A stretch of 64,000 nt of DNA from a virus. Under the pieces are notes generated by a model. The model was not told the origin of the DNA and ran no database searches. It saw nothing but the letters and a program-made list of their open reading frames with translations. The stretch lies in IMG/VR virus record IMGVR_UViG_3300025423_000001, positions 23,119 through 87,118 of that record; one strand, given 5' to 3'. The first letter of the stretch is position 1; each line of letters starts with the position of its first letter. This document shows, piece by piece, positions 20,323-28,897 of this stretch. Position numbers and translations under genes: made by a program.

Positions 20323-21132
20323 TTAAATGTTTAGAGATTTAAGTATAGATGCAACTTGTTCTGAGAGCTCTTCAATAGTACCATTATTGTCAATGGTGTA
20401 GTCGAACTGGACGTTATCAAGGGCTGTTTCAGATGGATGTTGATTAGCTGGCTGGCCACGGTTAACCCTGATTGTCACACCCCCAGCATCTTTCACTGCA
20501 GTTAATTCATTCAGGAAACGTGTGTCTGTGATAACCCAATTAGGGAAAATCATAAAACCAACTGCTTTATACTGACTCATCAACGCATTCACCCAAGTGT
20601 TCACATGTAAGCCATTCCTGACAGCATCAGTGCCAAGGCGTTGAAGGAATTCACGGCCTGTCATTGGGCGGTGTACTACTTCAAACTTGTCAGGCTCAAA
20701 CACGGATAAACGATACTTTTCAGCGTCTTCTCGTGTGTCAAATGGCTTATAGGTTGAGAGATATTTTCCTTCAAACTTTCCAGACACAACCTTAAGCCCC
20801 CAAGCAAACCATTTAACAGGTAGTTCCATCTTCTTGAACTCGTCTGTATACAAGAACTGCTCGTCCATACCCAGCAGGATAGCTGCCACCTTGCGCAAAG
20901 CTGTGGCCCACTTACGGATTTGCCAATCCGATAACGTCCAGCTACTTGCTGTATCAAAGTCAATTCTTCCCCAACCCTCAATATGGTTGGCCATAACCCA
21001 AACTTTCACAGACTGGTGTTTATTTAGTTCCTCAAGCTTGATGTTATGCTTGTGCATCCAAGTATGGTACTGGATAATCTTGCCCACTGTATCCTTGCCT
21101 GAGCCGGCATAGCCCGATAGTGATATTATCAT
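20323..21132 (-). CDS. deoxynucleoside monophosphate kinase
   Basis: SGYAGSGKDT, REFLQRLGTD, ITDTRFLNE, HPSETALD. Confidence 0.9.
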   Translation of the reverse strand: MIISLSGYAGSGKDTVGKIIQYHTWMHKHNIKLEELNKHQSVKVWVMANHIEGWGRIDFDTASSWTLSDWQIRKWATALRKVAAILLGMDEQFLYTDEFKKMELPVKWFAWGLKVVSGKFEGKYLSTYKPFDTREDAEKYRLSVFEPDKFEVVHRPMTGREFLQRLGTDAVRNGLHVNTWVNALMSQYKAVGFMIFPNWVITDTRFLNELTAVKDAGGVTIRVNRGQPANQHPSETALDNVQFDYTIDNNGTIEELSEQVASILKSLNI

Positions 21133-21164
21133 CTTACATTAGTTTGTGAAGCTTTAGGCTCTGT

Positions 21165-21299
21165 TCAAGCTTTAGGCTTCTGTGATTGTAATTTCTTAAT
21201 AAGCAGCTGCTCCATTTGTAGCTGCCTAAGGCTTTTGCGGTTGTGCATGTTGAACAAAGCAATTACATGCCCGTTCAAGCTTGAAAGATTGCTTGCCAT
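21165..21299 (-). CDS. small hypothetical protein (44 aa)
   Basis: MASNLSSLNGHVIALFNMHNRK...; fills the gap after polA. Confidence 0.4.
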   Translation of the reverse strand: MASNLSSLNGHVIALFNMHNRKSLRQLQMEQLLIKKLQSQKPKA

Positions 21300-21310
21300 G
21301 GTAATTAAGT

Positions 21311-23485
21311 TTAAGACCAACGGTCTGTAATTGTTGTATCTGTTTTAAGTATGCTTGAAGTGATTATCTCAGCTGCAGCTTCTTCCATTAGCCTTGATTG
21401 GATGGGTGCCCAGGTTTCTGCGTAGTCTTCCCTGGCTGCGGTATCAAGTGAGTCGTGGACTTCCATCTTTAACTGTACAAGATTGGACAATTTGTTGTCA
21501 TGGATATAGTTGTACACTTTAGTCATAGACAGCTTGAGAATATCTCCTGCACTGCCTTGGACTGGGGTGTTTTTACTTGCGCGTTCAATCTCCCCCAATC
21601 CGCCATGGAATTGAGCTCCTTGCAGGTGCGCATCAATAAATCGTATGTAGAATTTATGGTTAGGGAACCAACGTCTACGGTAGTACGGCTTGATAGTTTG
21701 GATGTAGCCTTTCTCGCAGCCAAACCTTCCAAAATAATCCAGCACAGCTTTCAGCTTGGGTAAGGCTGTGAAGTAGTCGTTGATTATCTGCATAGCCTCT
21801 GGTACCGGTATACGGAGAGTAGATGCCAGCTTAAAATGGCCACCGCCGTAGATAAGCATGAAGTTCACAGTCTTAGTGGCCGTTCTCATATACTTATGGC
21901 GTTTACAGGAGCATTTGTGCTTGGAAATCTTACCATCCTTGTCTGTCTTGTAATAGGCACAATCACGTTCAGCAGCATCCTTCCATTTCTTTTGAAACAC
22001 TACCTCGGCTACAGAGCTGTGCAAGTCCTGGCCCTTCTCCAATGCCTCAAGCCAAATAGGCTCTTTGGACAGGAAGGCTACAATTACCAATTCTTCACTC
22101 ACAAAGTCTGTGCTTACCCATTTCCATCCTGCTGGCAGAATGAAAGCATTCTTGTACTTGGTACCCACGGCTTCCTTCTTTGGCAGTTGTTGAAGATTGG
22201 GAGAACTACTACTTGTCCGCCCGGTACTCAGCACTTGCCTGAAGCGTGTGCGCACCTTACCATCCGGCTCCACATATTTGGCCAACCAAGCTTCACCAAA
22301 GGCTGTGATAAGTTTATCTGTATCCTTGTACTCTTCATAGTCAGCCACTATTGGATGGCTCGTCCTGCCAAGGCTTTCAGCTGACAAGTCTGTCACCTTT
22401 TCCACACACTGGATGATGGGGAGCACCTGAGCCACACTGCCCCAGTTGATGGTGGGAGTACCAGCCGGCACAAGCTGTTGGTTGGCTATTAGGTATTCCC
22501 GGTGGTTATCCATCAAGTCTTTTGTCACCTCTGACGTGTCCCCATCCAGGTAATACGGCAGCCAATGCGGCACCGGCTCCTGGGCTTTAAGCTTGTTACT
22601 CTGCCAGCGTTGAAGCACGGCTTTGGACGTACCGGGCAAGTCTGGGTAGATGTCAGCAAACATTTGTGACTTCTGCTTGGGGGATGCCCAATTGAGCAAC
22701 AGCCTGTCCTTGGTATGGATGTACCCCAGCTCTAAGGCTTTAGTGTAGAATGGCTCCTGATTGAGCCAATCATTTAGCTTAGTTTGTGCCGCGGCCACTA
22801 AGGGTTCAACCTCAGCTTGCAGGCTCTTCCACCACGGCTGGTCAATTTCCATTCCATGGTACACCATCTCGGCAAAGGCTGGCACACAGTTGTTCTCCAG
22901 CTCTACTACCTTGTCAAAAGTGCCGTATTCCAATCTCACAGCCTGCTCACGGATGGCTTTACGTATGTTGGCCAAGTGTTTCACGTCTTGTGCAGCATAC
23001 ACCACCTTCTCAGGCGTGAGTATGTTGTCACCGAACGCTGTCTGCTGGCTCTTGTCAAGTACAATTTGCAGGTAGCGAAAACATACATCGTCAAGGCCAT
23101 AGCCTACTTCATGCTCGCCTCCCTGCAACACCATCTCTGCCAACATAGTGTCATACACATTCTGAATACGTATACCGTGAAATAGCATTACCACACATTC
23201 AAACTGGGCATTGTGGATGAGCTTGGTCAAGCGTTTGGCTTCGAGAGCCTGTTTGATAAGCACCTTCTGGCTGTCATTTAGCCCACTCCATTGAAGTACC
23301 CATTCCGTCCCTTGCCAACCAAACTGTACAGTAATGACTTGCTTGTCACACCACCAGTCGGATGGATTGGTTTCGATGTCGAATTCTACCTCCAGCAGCT
23401 TCACTACCCAATCCACAAAGTCTTTCCAGTTGCCAGGATTATAGCCCGGCTTCCATTCTGTGGGGTTGCCTATCACGTACGTCAT
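21311..23485 (-). CDS. polA: family A DNA polymerase (3'-5' exonuclease + polymerase)
   Basis: FDIET, HNAQFE, YAAQD, TGRTSSSSPNLQQLP, motif A DFVSEEL, motif B KTVNFMLIYG, motif C VHDS. Confidence 0.93.
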   Translation of the reverse strand: MTYVIGNPTEWKPGYNPGNWKDFVDWVVKLLEVEFDIETNPSDWWCDKQVITVQFGWQGTEWVLQWSGLNDSQKVLIKQALEAKRLTKLIHNAQFECVVMLFHGIRIQNVYDTMLAEMVLQGGEHEVGYGLDDVCFRYLQIVLDKSQQTAFGDNILTPEKVVYAAQDVKHLANIRKAIREQAVRLEYGTFDKVVELENNCVPAFAEMVYHGMEIDQPWWKSLQAEVEPLVAAAQTKLNDWLNQEPFYTKALELGYIHTKDRLLLNWASPKQKSQMFADIYPDLPGTSKAVLQRWQSNKLKAQEPVPHWLPYYLDGDTSEVTKDLMDNHREYLIANQQLVPAGTPTINWGSVAQVLPIIQCVEKVTDLSAESLGRTSHPIVADYEEYKDTDKLITAFGEAWLAKYVEPDGKVRTRFRQVLSTGRTSSSSPNLQQLPKKEAVGTKYKNAFILPAGWKWVSTDFVSEELVIVAFLSKEPIWLEALEKGQDLHSSVAEVVFQKKWKDAAERDCAYYKTDKDGKISKHKCSCKRHKYMRTATKTVNFMLIYGGGHFKLASTLRIPVPEAMQIINDYFTALPKLKAVLDYFGRFGCEKGYIQTIKPYYRRRWFPNHKFYIRFIDAHLQGAQFHGGLGEIERASKNTPVQGSAGDILKLSMTKVYNYIHDNKLSNLVQLKMEVHDSLDTAAREDYAETWAPIQSRLMEEAAAEIITSSILKTDTTITDRWS

Positions 23486-23924
23486 ACTCTTCGTGTTCAA
23501 TCATGAATAATTCAGGCTCAGGTACACTGTCGTACCGCCTGTCCTCGTCTTCTTGGTAGCCCAGCCTGGCCACGACATACACATAGAACCCAAACTCGTC
23601 TATGTACCCCTCATCGTCAATCCTCACACGCTGCCTATCTTCAAGCTGTGAGCGCCTCTGCCCTGCGGCTATGGCCCGCTCGTCTGTCTCTGACAGTATA
23701 GGGCTGTGGGATACAATGGTGTAGATGTGTATGTCAGGGTCGGCTGCAAGCTGTTGCTTTAGTTTCTCCGGGTCTGGTACGGCCTTACGTGTGTAGGCTG
23801 CATACCGTACGTTGGACAGCTTACCGTGCATCGGCGTGTACCAGTTCGGCCCTACCAGCGGTGGGGGATTTCTTACCTCCCGGAGGATTACCTTTTCCCT
23901 GTCGGCTGTCATCACTGTTACCAT
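23439..23924 (-). CDS. hypothetical protein
   Basis: ORF within the operon. Confidence 0.6.
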   Translation of the reverse strand: MVTVMTADREKVILREVRNPPPLVGPNWYTPMHGKLSNVRYAAYTRKAVPDPEKLKQQLAADPDIHIYTIVSHSPILSETDERAIAAGQRRSQLEDRQRVRIDDEGYIDEFGFYVYVVARLGYQEDEDRRYDSVPEPELFMIEHEEYDVRDRQPHRMEAGL

Positions 23925-24135
23925 ACAACCTCCCTTTTAAGTAGTTAAGCAATGTCATGGCCACCTTGTAAGGCATGACTTCCACCAGCCTGTATAGCAG
24001 TGTGGCCTTAGCCCTGTCAGTTAGCCCTTCAAATTGGCCTACTACCAGCTCAAAGTCCATGTAGCTTGTATGTACTGCATGTTCCGTCCCCAGCTGGTCT
24101 TGGGGCTCTTTCTTACGTTTCAAAAATCCAAACAT
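23821..24135 (-). CDS. hypothetical protein
   Basis: ORF within the operon. Confidence 0.6.
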   Translation of the reverse strand: MFGFLKRKKEPQDQLGTEHAVHTSYMDFELVVGQFEGLTDRAKATLLYRLVEVMPYKVAMTLLNYLKGRLYGNSDDSRQGKGNPPGGKKSPTAGRAELVHADAR

Positions 24136-24160
24136 CTGTGTCGTTTAATCTGTCAATCAA

Positions 24161-24505
24161 TTACCCCAAGTCTATGTCCTTAGGCTCGCGGGCAGCGTAT
24201 ATCCTGTCTTGCATTTTGCTTACAGCCCTGTCCTTCTTGGCCTCTGCAACCCGGTGCAGTATGCGCCTTATAAAGCCTGTAGGCACCAATACCTTTTCCC
24301 CAAACTTCATTTCAGGGGCCATGATGTCTGCTACTTGGCGTTTGCGACCCTTAGTAGTCTTACGGTTGTTGGATGGCAAAGTCTGCTTGATAAGTCTACG
24401 CTGTGCGCGGTTGGGGTGCTCATGTGTGTAAGCCAATCCTACAGATGGCTTTAACTCTTTAATCTCCTTGTGGCTCAGTGGCCTGTTGGTTTGTGTCTTT
24501 TCCAT
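24161..24505 (-). CDS. basic hypothetical protein
   Basis: NRAQRR motif, Lys/Arg-rich. Confidence 0.65.
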   Translation of the reverse strand: MEKTQTNRPLSHKEIKELKPSVGLAYTHEHPNRAQRRLIKQTLPSNNRKTTKGRKRQVADIMAPEMKFGEKVLVPTGFIRRILHRVAEAKKDRAVSKMQDRIYAAREPKDIDLG

Positions 24506-24878
24506 TTTGCGATTTTAATATCTGGTCTGTCATCAGCCTGTTAGCGTTTTCTTGGGCCCAGTCAATCATCTCCATACTCTCCATCACCCAGATGATTGCC
24601 TTATGCACAGGACTTAAGTCTGGATACTCGTTGTCAAGCATGTCAGTGATTTCTTTGTAATAGCTTACCGGCAGCCATGGAAATCCCCCTGGGCTGAAGT
24701 AATCAATCTGCATAAGATGGGCCAGCAATACAGGCTCAAACTCCAAGCGCAAGGCTATTATCTTGTCAGCACAGCTGAGTACCACTTCCCTGGGCACCCC
24801 GGCTGCCTCAGCTAAGGAGACAGCAGTGTCTCCCACCTCAAGTTTATCCAGCCTGAGGAAATCTTTAAGTTTCTCCAT
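24459..24878 (-). CDS. hypothetical protein
   Basis: ORF within the operon. Confidence 0.65.
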   Translation of the reverse strand: MEKLKDFLRLDKLEVGDTAVSLAEAAGVPREVVLSCADKIIALRLEFEPVLLAHLMQIDYFSPGGFPWLPVSYYKEITDMLDNEYPDLSPVHKAIIWVMESMEMIDWAQENANRLMTDQILKSQNGKDTNQQATEPQGD

Positions 24879-24882
24879 ACAA

Positions 24883-25290
24883 CTATGGTTTGATTATTCG
24901 GCTGGAATTAGCCAGTTCTTGCGCCCTCTTGGCAAATGATTTCTGGACAATGTGTACGGCTGCTTCGTAGAAAGAGAACAGGAAATGGGTGTAGCACCAT
25001 GCTTTTTGTACGTCCGTAAGCGTGTCACACGCATCAATTTGGCTGGCAAGTGCTTCCCGCACGCTGGTCGGCATGAAATCCACCTCGACCTTATCGAGTT
25101 GTTCCATAGTAGTAACCTGTGCAAGCTTCTCTTGCAGATTAAGGTCTTCAATGTTCTTGCGGACAAGAGGCTCTACCTCTTTAGCCATCTGGCTCTTTGT
25201 AGCTTCAAAGAGTGAGAGGGCACTAAACACTATCTCAACTTGGCTCTGGCCGTGGATGTTGATAAGTGCAGATACTGGTGTTGTACTCAT
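24883..25290 (-). CDS. hypothetical protein
   Basis: ORF within the operon. Confidence 0.65.
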   Translation of the reverse strand: MSTTPVSALINIHGQSQVEIVFSALSLFEATKSQMAKEVEPLVRKNIEDLNLQEKLAQVTTMEQLDKVEVDFMPTSVREALASQIDACDTLTDVQKAWCYTHFLFSFYEAAVHIVQKSFAKRAQELANSSRIIKP

Positions 25291-25312
25291 GGTACGTGTT
25301 TAAAGTGTGAAT

Positions 25313-25339
25313 AAAGAGCCCGGTGTAGAAACACCAGGC
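25313..25339 (-). terminator. terminator downstream of the tmRNA
   Basis: GCCTGGTGT-TTCT-ACACCGGGC followed by TCTTT. Confidence 0.7.
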
Positions 25340-25369
25340 GAGAAAAACCAAATCAACTGCTTGTGAGAG

Positions 25370-25712
25370 TGGAGGTGGGGGGAGTCGAACCCCCGTCTTT
25401 CCTGCAAAGCCTAATACCGTTCTTACATGCTTAGTACTGCATCACTGCTGCACCGTAATTGGGGCCACACGATTGTGACCGCTCCACCACCAGCTTTTGA
25501 GTGAAACTGGAAACACTGGTTTGTGCCCTGTTGAAGTGCCGGGCTGGCAAGTGATTAGGCTGCGATAGCCTTGTCAGCAGCGAATGCCATACGGATGATG
25601 GCAGCGCCTTCTTGTTGACGTTTGTCGGTTGTTGTTTAGGAGTGGTTTGGCTCTCCCAAGCCTTGCATGTGATACTATTCTGTTACCTGAAATCAAATCC
25701 AAATACACCCCC
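25370..25712 (-). ncRNA. ssrA: tmRNA
   Basis: 5' GGGGGTG..GGATTTGA; 3' GACGGGGGTTCGACTCCCCCCACCTCCA; G3-U acceptor pair; ACATGC/GCATGT helix; pk1 GGCT/AGCC + GGAG/CTCC; tag ORF 25626-25555 ending IAA-stop; CCA not encoded. Confidence 0.93.
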
Positions 25713-25714
25713 GT

Positions 25715-25900
25715 AAGCAGGACAGCTCCCTGGTTCACTACTAACGTTTAAGTTATCCCGAAGAATAGCAAGCCACCACGCCCGTTTGTAATGTCCGAGC
25801 CAGGAAATCTTGCTCTCGGCCTCCTGCTGCCCTGCCTTGTCCTCGGATAAAGCTCACGCCTACACCGGGGTATCAGACTATCCCCTAAGGAAACGGTGTT
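25715..25900 (-). ncRNA. candidate structured RNA A upstream of the tmRNA
   Basis: Closing stem GCAGGGCAGC/GCTGTCCTGC, nested stems, C(UUCG)G hairpin; no credible ORF. Confidence 0.55.
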
Positions 25901-25915
25901 ACCCTGTCATCTGGA

Positions 25916-26275
25916 TTATCGTGCCATCGTGGCTTGCGTTATTGCTCCTTTGGCTCTGTAGCCTGCACGTTGCGTCATCAGTATCTGGCTGGCATACCTG
26001 TCATCTTTGATGATGAAGTTTTCATCTCCAAGCTCAGCTATCTGTGCTTTGTTGGCATTACGGACGGCTATCTTGAAAGGATGGGCTGAAGACTTAGGGC
26101 AGATGCGTGCTTGGTTATGCACATACTGTGATACTTTTTTACTTCCTTTCATTCCCATCTTGCTGCCATAAATGAACACTCCGGCCATAACCCTGCTGGG
26201 AAACACTACAATCAAGCAAGCCTCATCAGCATTGTAAACAGCCGTAGGCTCTCCTTCTGATTTAAACTTTTGCAT
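25916..26275 (-). CDS. hypothetical protein, possibly NUMOD1-like DNA-binding
   Basis: PTAVYN...LIVVFPSRVMAG resembles NUMOD1. Confidence 0.5.
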   Translation of the reverse strand: MQKFKSEGEPTAVYNADEACLIVVFPSRVMAGVFIYGSKMGMKGSKKVSQYVHNQARICPKSSAHPFKIAVRNANKAQIAELGDENFIIKDDRYASQILMTQRAGYRAKGAITQATMAR

Positions 26276-26305
26276 GGTTCAAAGATTGGTTGAGAACAGT
26301 GAGGA

Positions 26306-26560
26306 TTAGTCTGTTTCTATAGAGCCTGGAGGGTCTGGCAAAGTGATAGGGAATATTACCACTTCCCTGTTACGTAGGAGCTTAACCTTTTCCAATGGAA
26401 TAAATACGAACTGTTTTCCATCTACCCTGTATTCCTGTACACGCAAGTTGCCGTAATCAGTTATGCTTACTACTTTGCCTATACGTACAACCCTGGAAGG
26501 CGCCCATACTACTACAGAGCCTACTACAATTTCCTCTCCTTGACTGTCAAGTAACATCAT
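26306..26560 (-). CDS. small SH3/KOW-like hypothetical protein
   Basis: DSQGEEIVVGSVV; resembles 27442-27672. Confidence 0.6.
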   Translation of the reverse strand: MMLLDSQGEEIVVGSVVVWAPSRVVRIGKVVSITDYGNLRVQEYRVDGKQFVFIPLEKVKLLRNREVVIFPITLPDPPGSIETD

Positions 26561-26817
26561 TGTGTAAGAAATTTAGCGCGGTGGATAACTTGGTACCGCT
26601 GTTTGTTGATGATGAATGTTTTCTTTCTTGCGTTGCCCAGCACCTCATTCAGCAACGGGATGTGAGGCTCTGTGTTTTTAATGGCCTGCTCTGATGTTGT
26701 AACAAAGTCCTTGGCCCCGAATGGTAGACTGTGTGGGCCGATGGCAATGGGCCATTCACCGTTGAACACGTAATGTTCGAGGTCGAGTTCCCTGAAGAAT
26801 ATCATGTACTGCTTCAT
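26557..26817 (-). CDS. hypothetical protein
   Basis: ATGA-coupled. Confidence 0.65.
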   Translation of the reverse strand: MKQYMIFFRELDLEHYVFNGEWPIAIGPHSLPFGAKDFVTTSEQAIKNTEPHIPLLNEVLGNARKKTFIINKQRYQVIHRAKFLTQ

Positions 26818-27302
26818 AGCTTCGGCTGCTTGAAGTTCTCAATCAGCATCTGCAACATTTGTAGCCGTTCTGGCCCAAGAGCCTGCACCTGCTCAACCAC
26901 AGACATCATGTCTTTGATACGCCAAGCACTTACCCCCTCAAGGATAACATTTAGCTCTTTTACGGCTGTGGTGATAGGCTGCAGTTCATGCACAGCCTGC
27001 TTCACCTTGTCCTTTAGCTTTGGCAGCCTATCAAAGAACTCCTCCCAGAACTCATCGAGTTTAGTAGTGTGTTCTTCCTGTGCAGCTGTAAACTCCTGTC
27101 GGGCTGTGAGAAGCAAGGCTCTGTACTTCAATACTTCCTCGCTAAGTAGCTGATACTCCTGCTTCATCCAATCCTTTTCCCGTGTGAAGATTTTCTTTAC
27201 CACTTCCAGTTGCATGGCATAATTGTCACGCATAGCCTCAACTTTGGCCTTGTCCTCTTTAGTGAGGTAGAGTGAGAGATACTCTGTTTTGTTGTCGTTC
27301 AT
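26814..27302 (-). CDS. coiled-coil hypothetical protein
   Basis: Heptad-rich helical ORF, ATGA-coupled. Confidence 0.65.
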   Translation of the reverse strand: MNDNKTEYLSLYLTKEDKAKVEAMRDNYAMQLEVVKKIFTREKDWMKQEYQLLSEEVLKYRALLLTARQEFTAAQEEHTTKLDEFWEEFFDRLPKLKDKVKQAVHELQPITTAVKELNVILEGVSAWRIKDMMSVVEQVQALGPERLQMLQMLIENFKQPKL

Positions 27303-27304
27303 AG

Positions 27305-27445
27305 TTATTTCTTTAAACTCCCCGGACGGGTAAATTCAGACCTGTTGACTTGCTTCTTCTTGGCAGAGCCCCCTGTGGCCTTGATGTTGTTAAAGTCTTC
27401 GATGCGGGCTCGTAAGCGTTCTGCTTGTTTCTTGGATTTCTTCAT
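27305..27445 (-). CDS. small basic protein (46 aa, not in the ORF track)
   Basis: MKKSKKQAERLRARIEDF...TRPGSLKK; ATGA-coupled. Confidence 0.55.
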   Translation of the reverse strand: MKKSKKQAERLRARIEDFNNIKATGGSAKKKQVNRSEFTRPGSLKK

Positions 27446-27672
27446 ACCTTGATGATTTGGTGTGTTTTGATTGGTTGTTGAATGTGGCTGTAAACGATGT
27501 CAATGCTGGGGACGCATCTATCATCCACCTTTCTTGATTTCACAGCCTGTACCCTTACCGTCCCTTTGGCACTGATGCTGGATACCCTTCCCAGCTGTAG
27601 TCTTCCTTTACTGTAAAAACAGATGGTATCCCCAGGGGCAAGTCTGTTGTCGTAGATGTCGTATCTATCCAT
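27442..27672 (-). CDS. small SH3/KOW-like hypothetical protein
   Basis: DIYDNRLAPGDTI...LGRVSSISAKGTVRV. Confidence 0.6.
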   Translation of the reverse strand: MDRYDIYDNRLAPGDTICFYSKGRLQLGRVSSISAKGTVRVQAVKSRKVDDRCVPSIDIVYSHIQQPIKTHQIIKV

Positions 27673-28166
27673 GGTTCTGTGTTTATTGGTTCATTATCGT
27701 CTTCGTCTATATCATCAGGCTCTCCTTCATCGGCATGGGCTGCATAATAGCTATCGGGCATTGGTACTTGGCCCATCTTGGCAAAGCATATTGGCCCCAG
27801 CCCACGTTTGATACTTTCGGCATCTGTAAGTGGGCGTGTGCACCGGCCACACTTGTTGTGATGCATTACTTCCATCTCTATGGGTATAGTCTTAGCTACT
27901 ACATGCTTCCATATCCATCGGAACTTACGCTGATTTTCACGCCTATCACCCTCTGGGATGAACACGTCACCGCGTATATAGCCAATTTTGTTGAAGCCTG
28001 CGTCACGTACATACCAGCGTGTAAAAGACCGTGTGTCTTTGACAGAAGTGTGCTTTGGCCAGCCATAGATGAAGACTTTGAACTGGTTACCTGTAGATAG
28101 GTTGTTGAATGTGACTTCACACCGGCCTGCCAGCATGAAGTCATAAACGTACTCGTGTGCTATCAT
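27555..28166 (-). CDS. DUF6011 domain protein
   Basis: CGRCTRPLTDAESIKRGLGPIC. Confidence 0.85.
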   Translation of the reverse strand: MIAHEYVYDFMLAGRCEVTFNNLSTGNQFKVFIYGWPKHTSVKDTRSFTRWYVRDAGFNKIGYIRGDVFIPEGDRRENQRKFRWIWKHVVAKTIPIEMEVMHHNKCGRCTRPLTDAESIKRGLGPICFAKMGQVPMPDSYYAAHADEGEPDDIDEDDNEPINTEPWIDTTSTTTDLPLGIPSVFTVKEDYSWEGYPASVPKGR

Positions 28167-28456
28167 TTTAGAGCCTCCTTACATAGTTGAATTGCAGCTT
28201 GTAAAGCCTCAATGCGTGAGTCTTTGTCATTGACTGGCCACCAACTAAACTCTGCATCAAAGGGCTTTTGAGCATAGAACTCTGGAAAGTCTTTATCTGT
28301 GTCCATTGTAAGCTTAGGTTTGTACCCTAGCTTTTCATCAGCTACGTCATCCAGCAATAAGCATACATAATGAGGATACATAGAGTCTTCAAGAACTTCT
28401 AATGTTATTTCATAAACCCTTAACCTTTCTTCAGTTGTCAGTTTACTCCTTCTCAT
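28163..28456 (-). CDS. hypothetical protein (tandem paralog 1)
   Basis: LTxEERLxVY...DFPEFYAQKP...WW...SRIEALQAAI. Confidence 0.7.
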   Translation of the reverse strand: MRRSKLTTEERLRVYEITLEVLEDSMYPHYVCLLLDDVADEKLGYKPKLTMDTDKDFPEFYAQKPFDAEFSWWPVNDKDSRIEALQAAIQLCKEALK

Positions 28457-28773
28457 GGGTACACTCCTTCTTCAGTCAACTTAATGGCTGCCCTGAGAGC
28501 GTTAATACGTGATTGCTTATCATACTCTTCCCACCACCTACTTGTCTCATAATGAGTATGTGGAGGTTTTTGTGCAAACAGTTCTGGGTAGTCAGCTGAT
28601 ATTTGTTTACTTTGCCAGTAAGGGAGAATATCCAAATTACCAGCTACCTGTTTCACAAGTATGCACAGCCAAAAGTCTTTGGTTTTCAAATGAAGACTTT
28701 CTAAAGCTGCCTTGTACACTTCCAGCCTTTGCTCTACTGTAAGCTGGCTACTGGTTATGATTTCTGGTTTCAT
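28453..28773 (-). CDS. hypothetical protein (tandem paralog 2)
   Basis: LTVEQRLEVY...DYPELFAQKP...WW...SRINALRAAI. Confidence 0.7.
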   Translation of the reverse strand: MKPEIITSSQLTVEQRLEVYKAALESLHLKTKDFWLCILVKQVAGNLDILPYWQSKQISADYPELFAQKPPHTHYETSRWWEEYDKQSRINALRAAIKLTEEGVYP

Positions 28774-28787
28774 GTCAATAGTTTAAA

Positions 28788-28891
28788 ACCAGCCAAGGGG
28801 AGACTGGGGTGGCTCCCCAATTCTATCTCACAGACGTTCATGCACACATATCTTGCTCACCGTCTGTTCTCGCCTAAAGACCCTTGCTGGT
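28788..28891 (-). ncRNA. candidate structured RNA B
   Basis: Closing stem ACCAGC-AAGGG/CCCTT-G-GCTGGT; arms ACAGACG/CGTCTGT and TGGGG/CCCCA. Confidence 0.5.
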
Positions 28892-28897
28892 AATTAG

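Noticed and set aside
21149-21180. Tandem direct repeat AAGCTTTAGGCT
   Set aside because: Only two short copies; no spacer array or functional context
25340-25400. T-arm GGTTCGACTCC as a tRNA gene, or a theta (HDV-like) ribozyme in its trailer
   Set aside because: The T-arm belongs to the tmRNA; the trailer is a simple terminator hairpin
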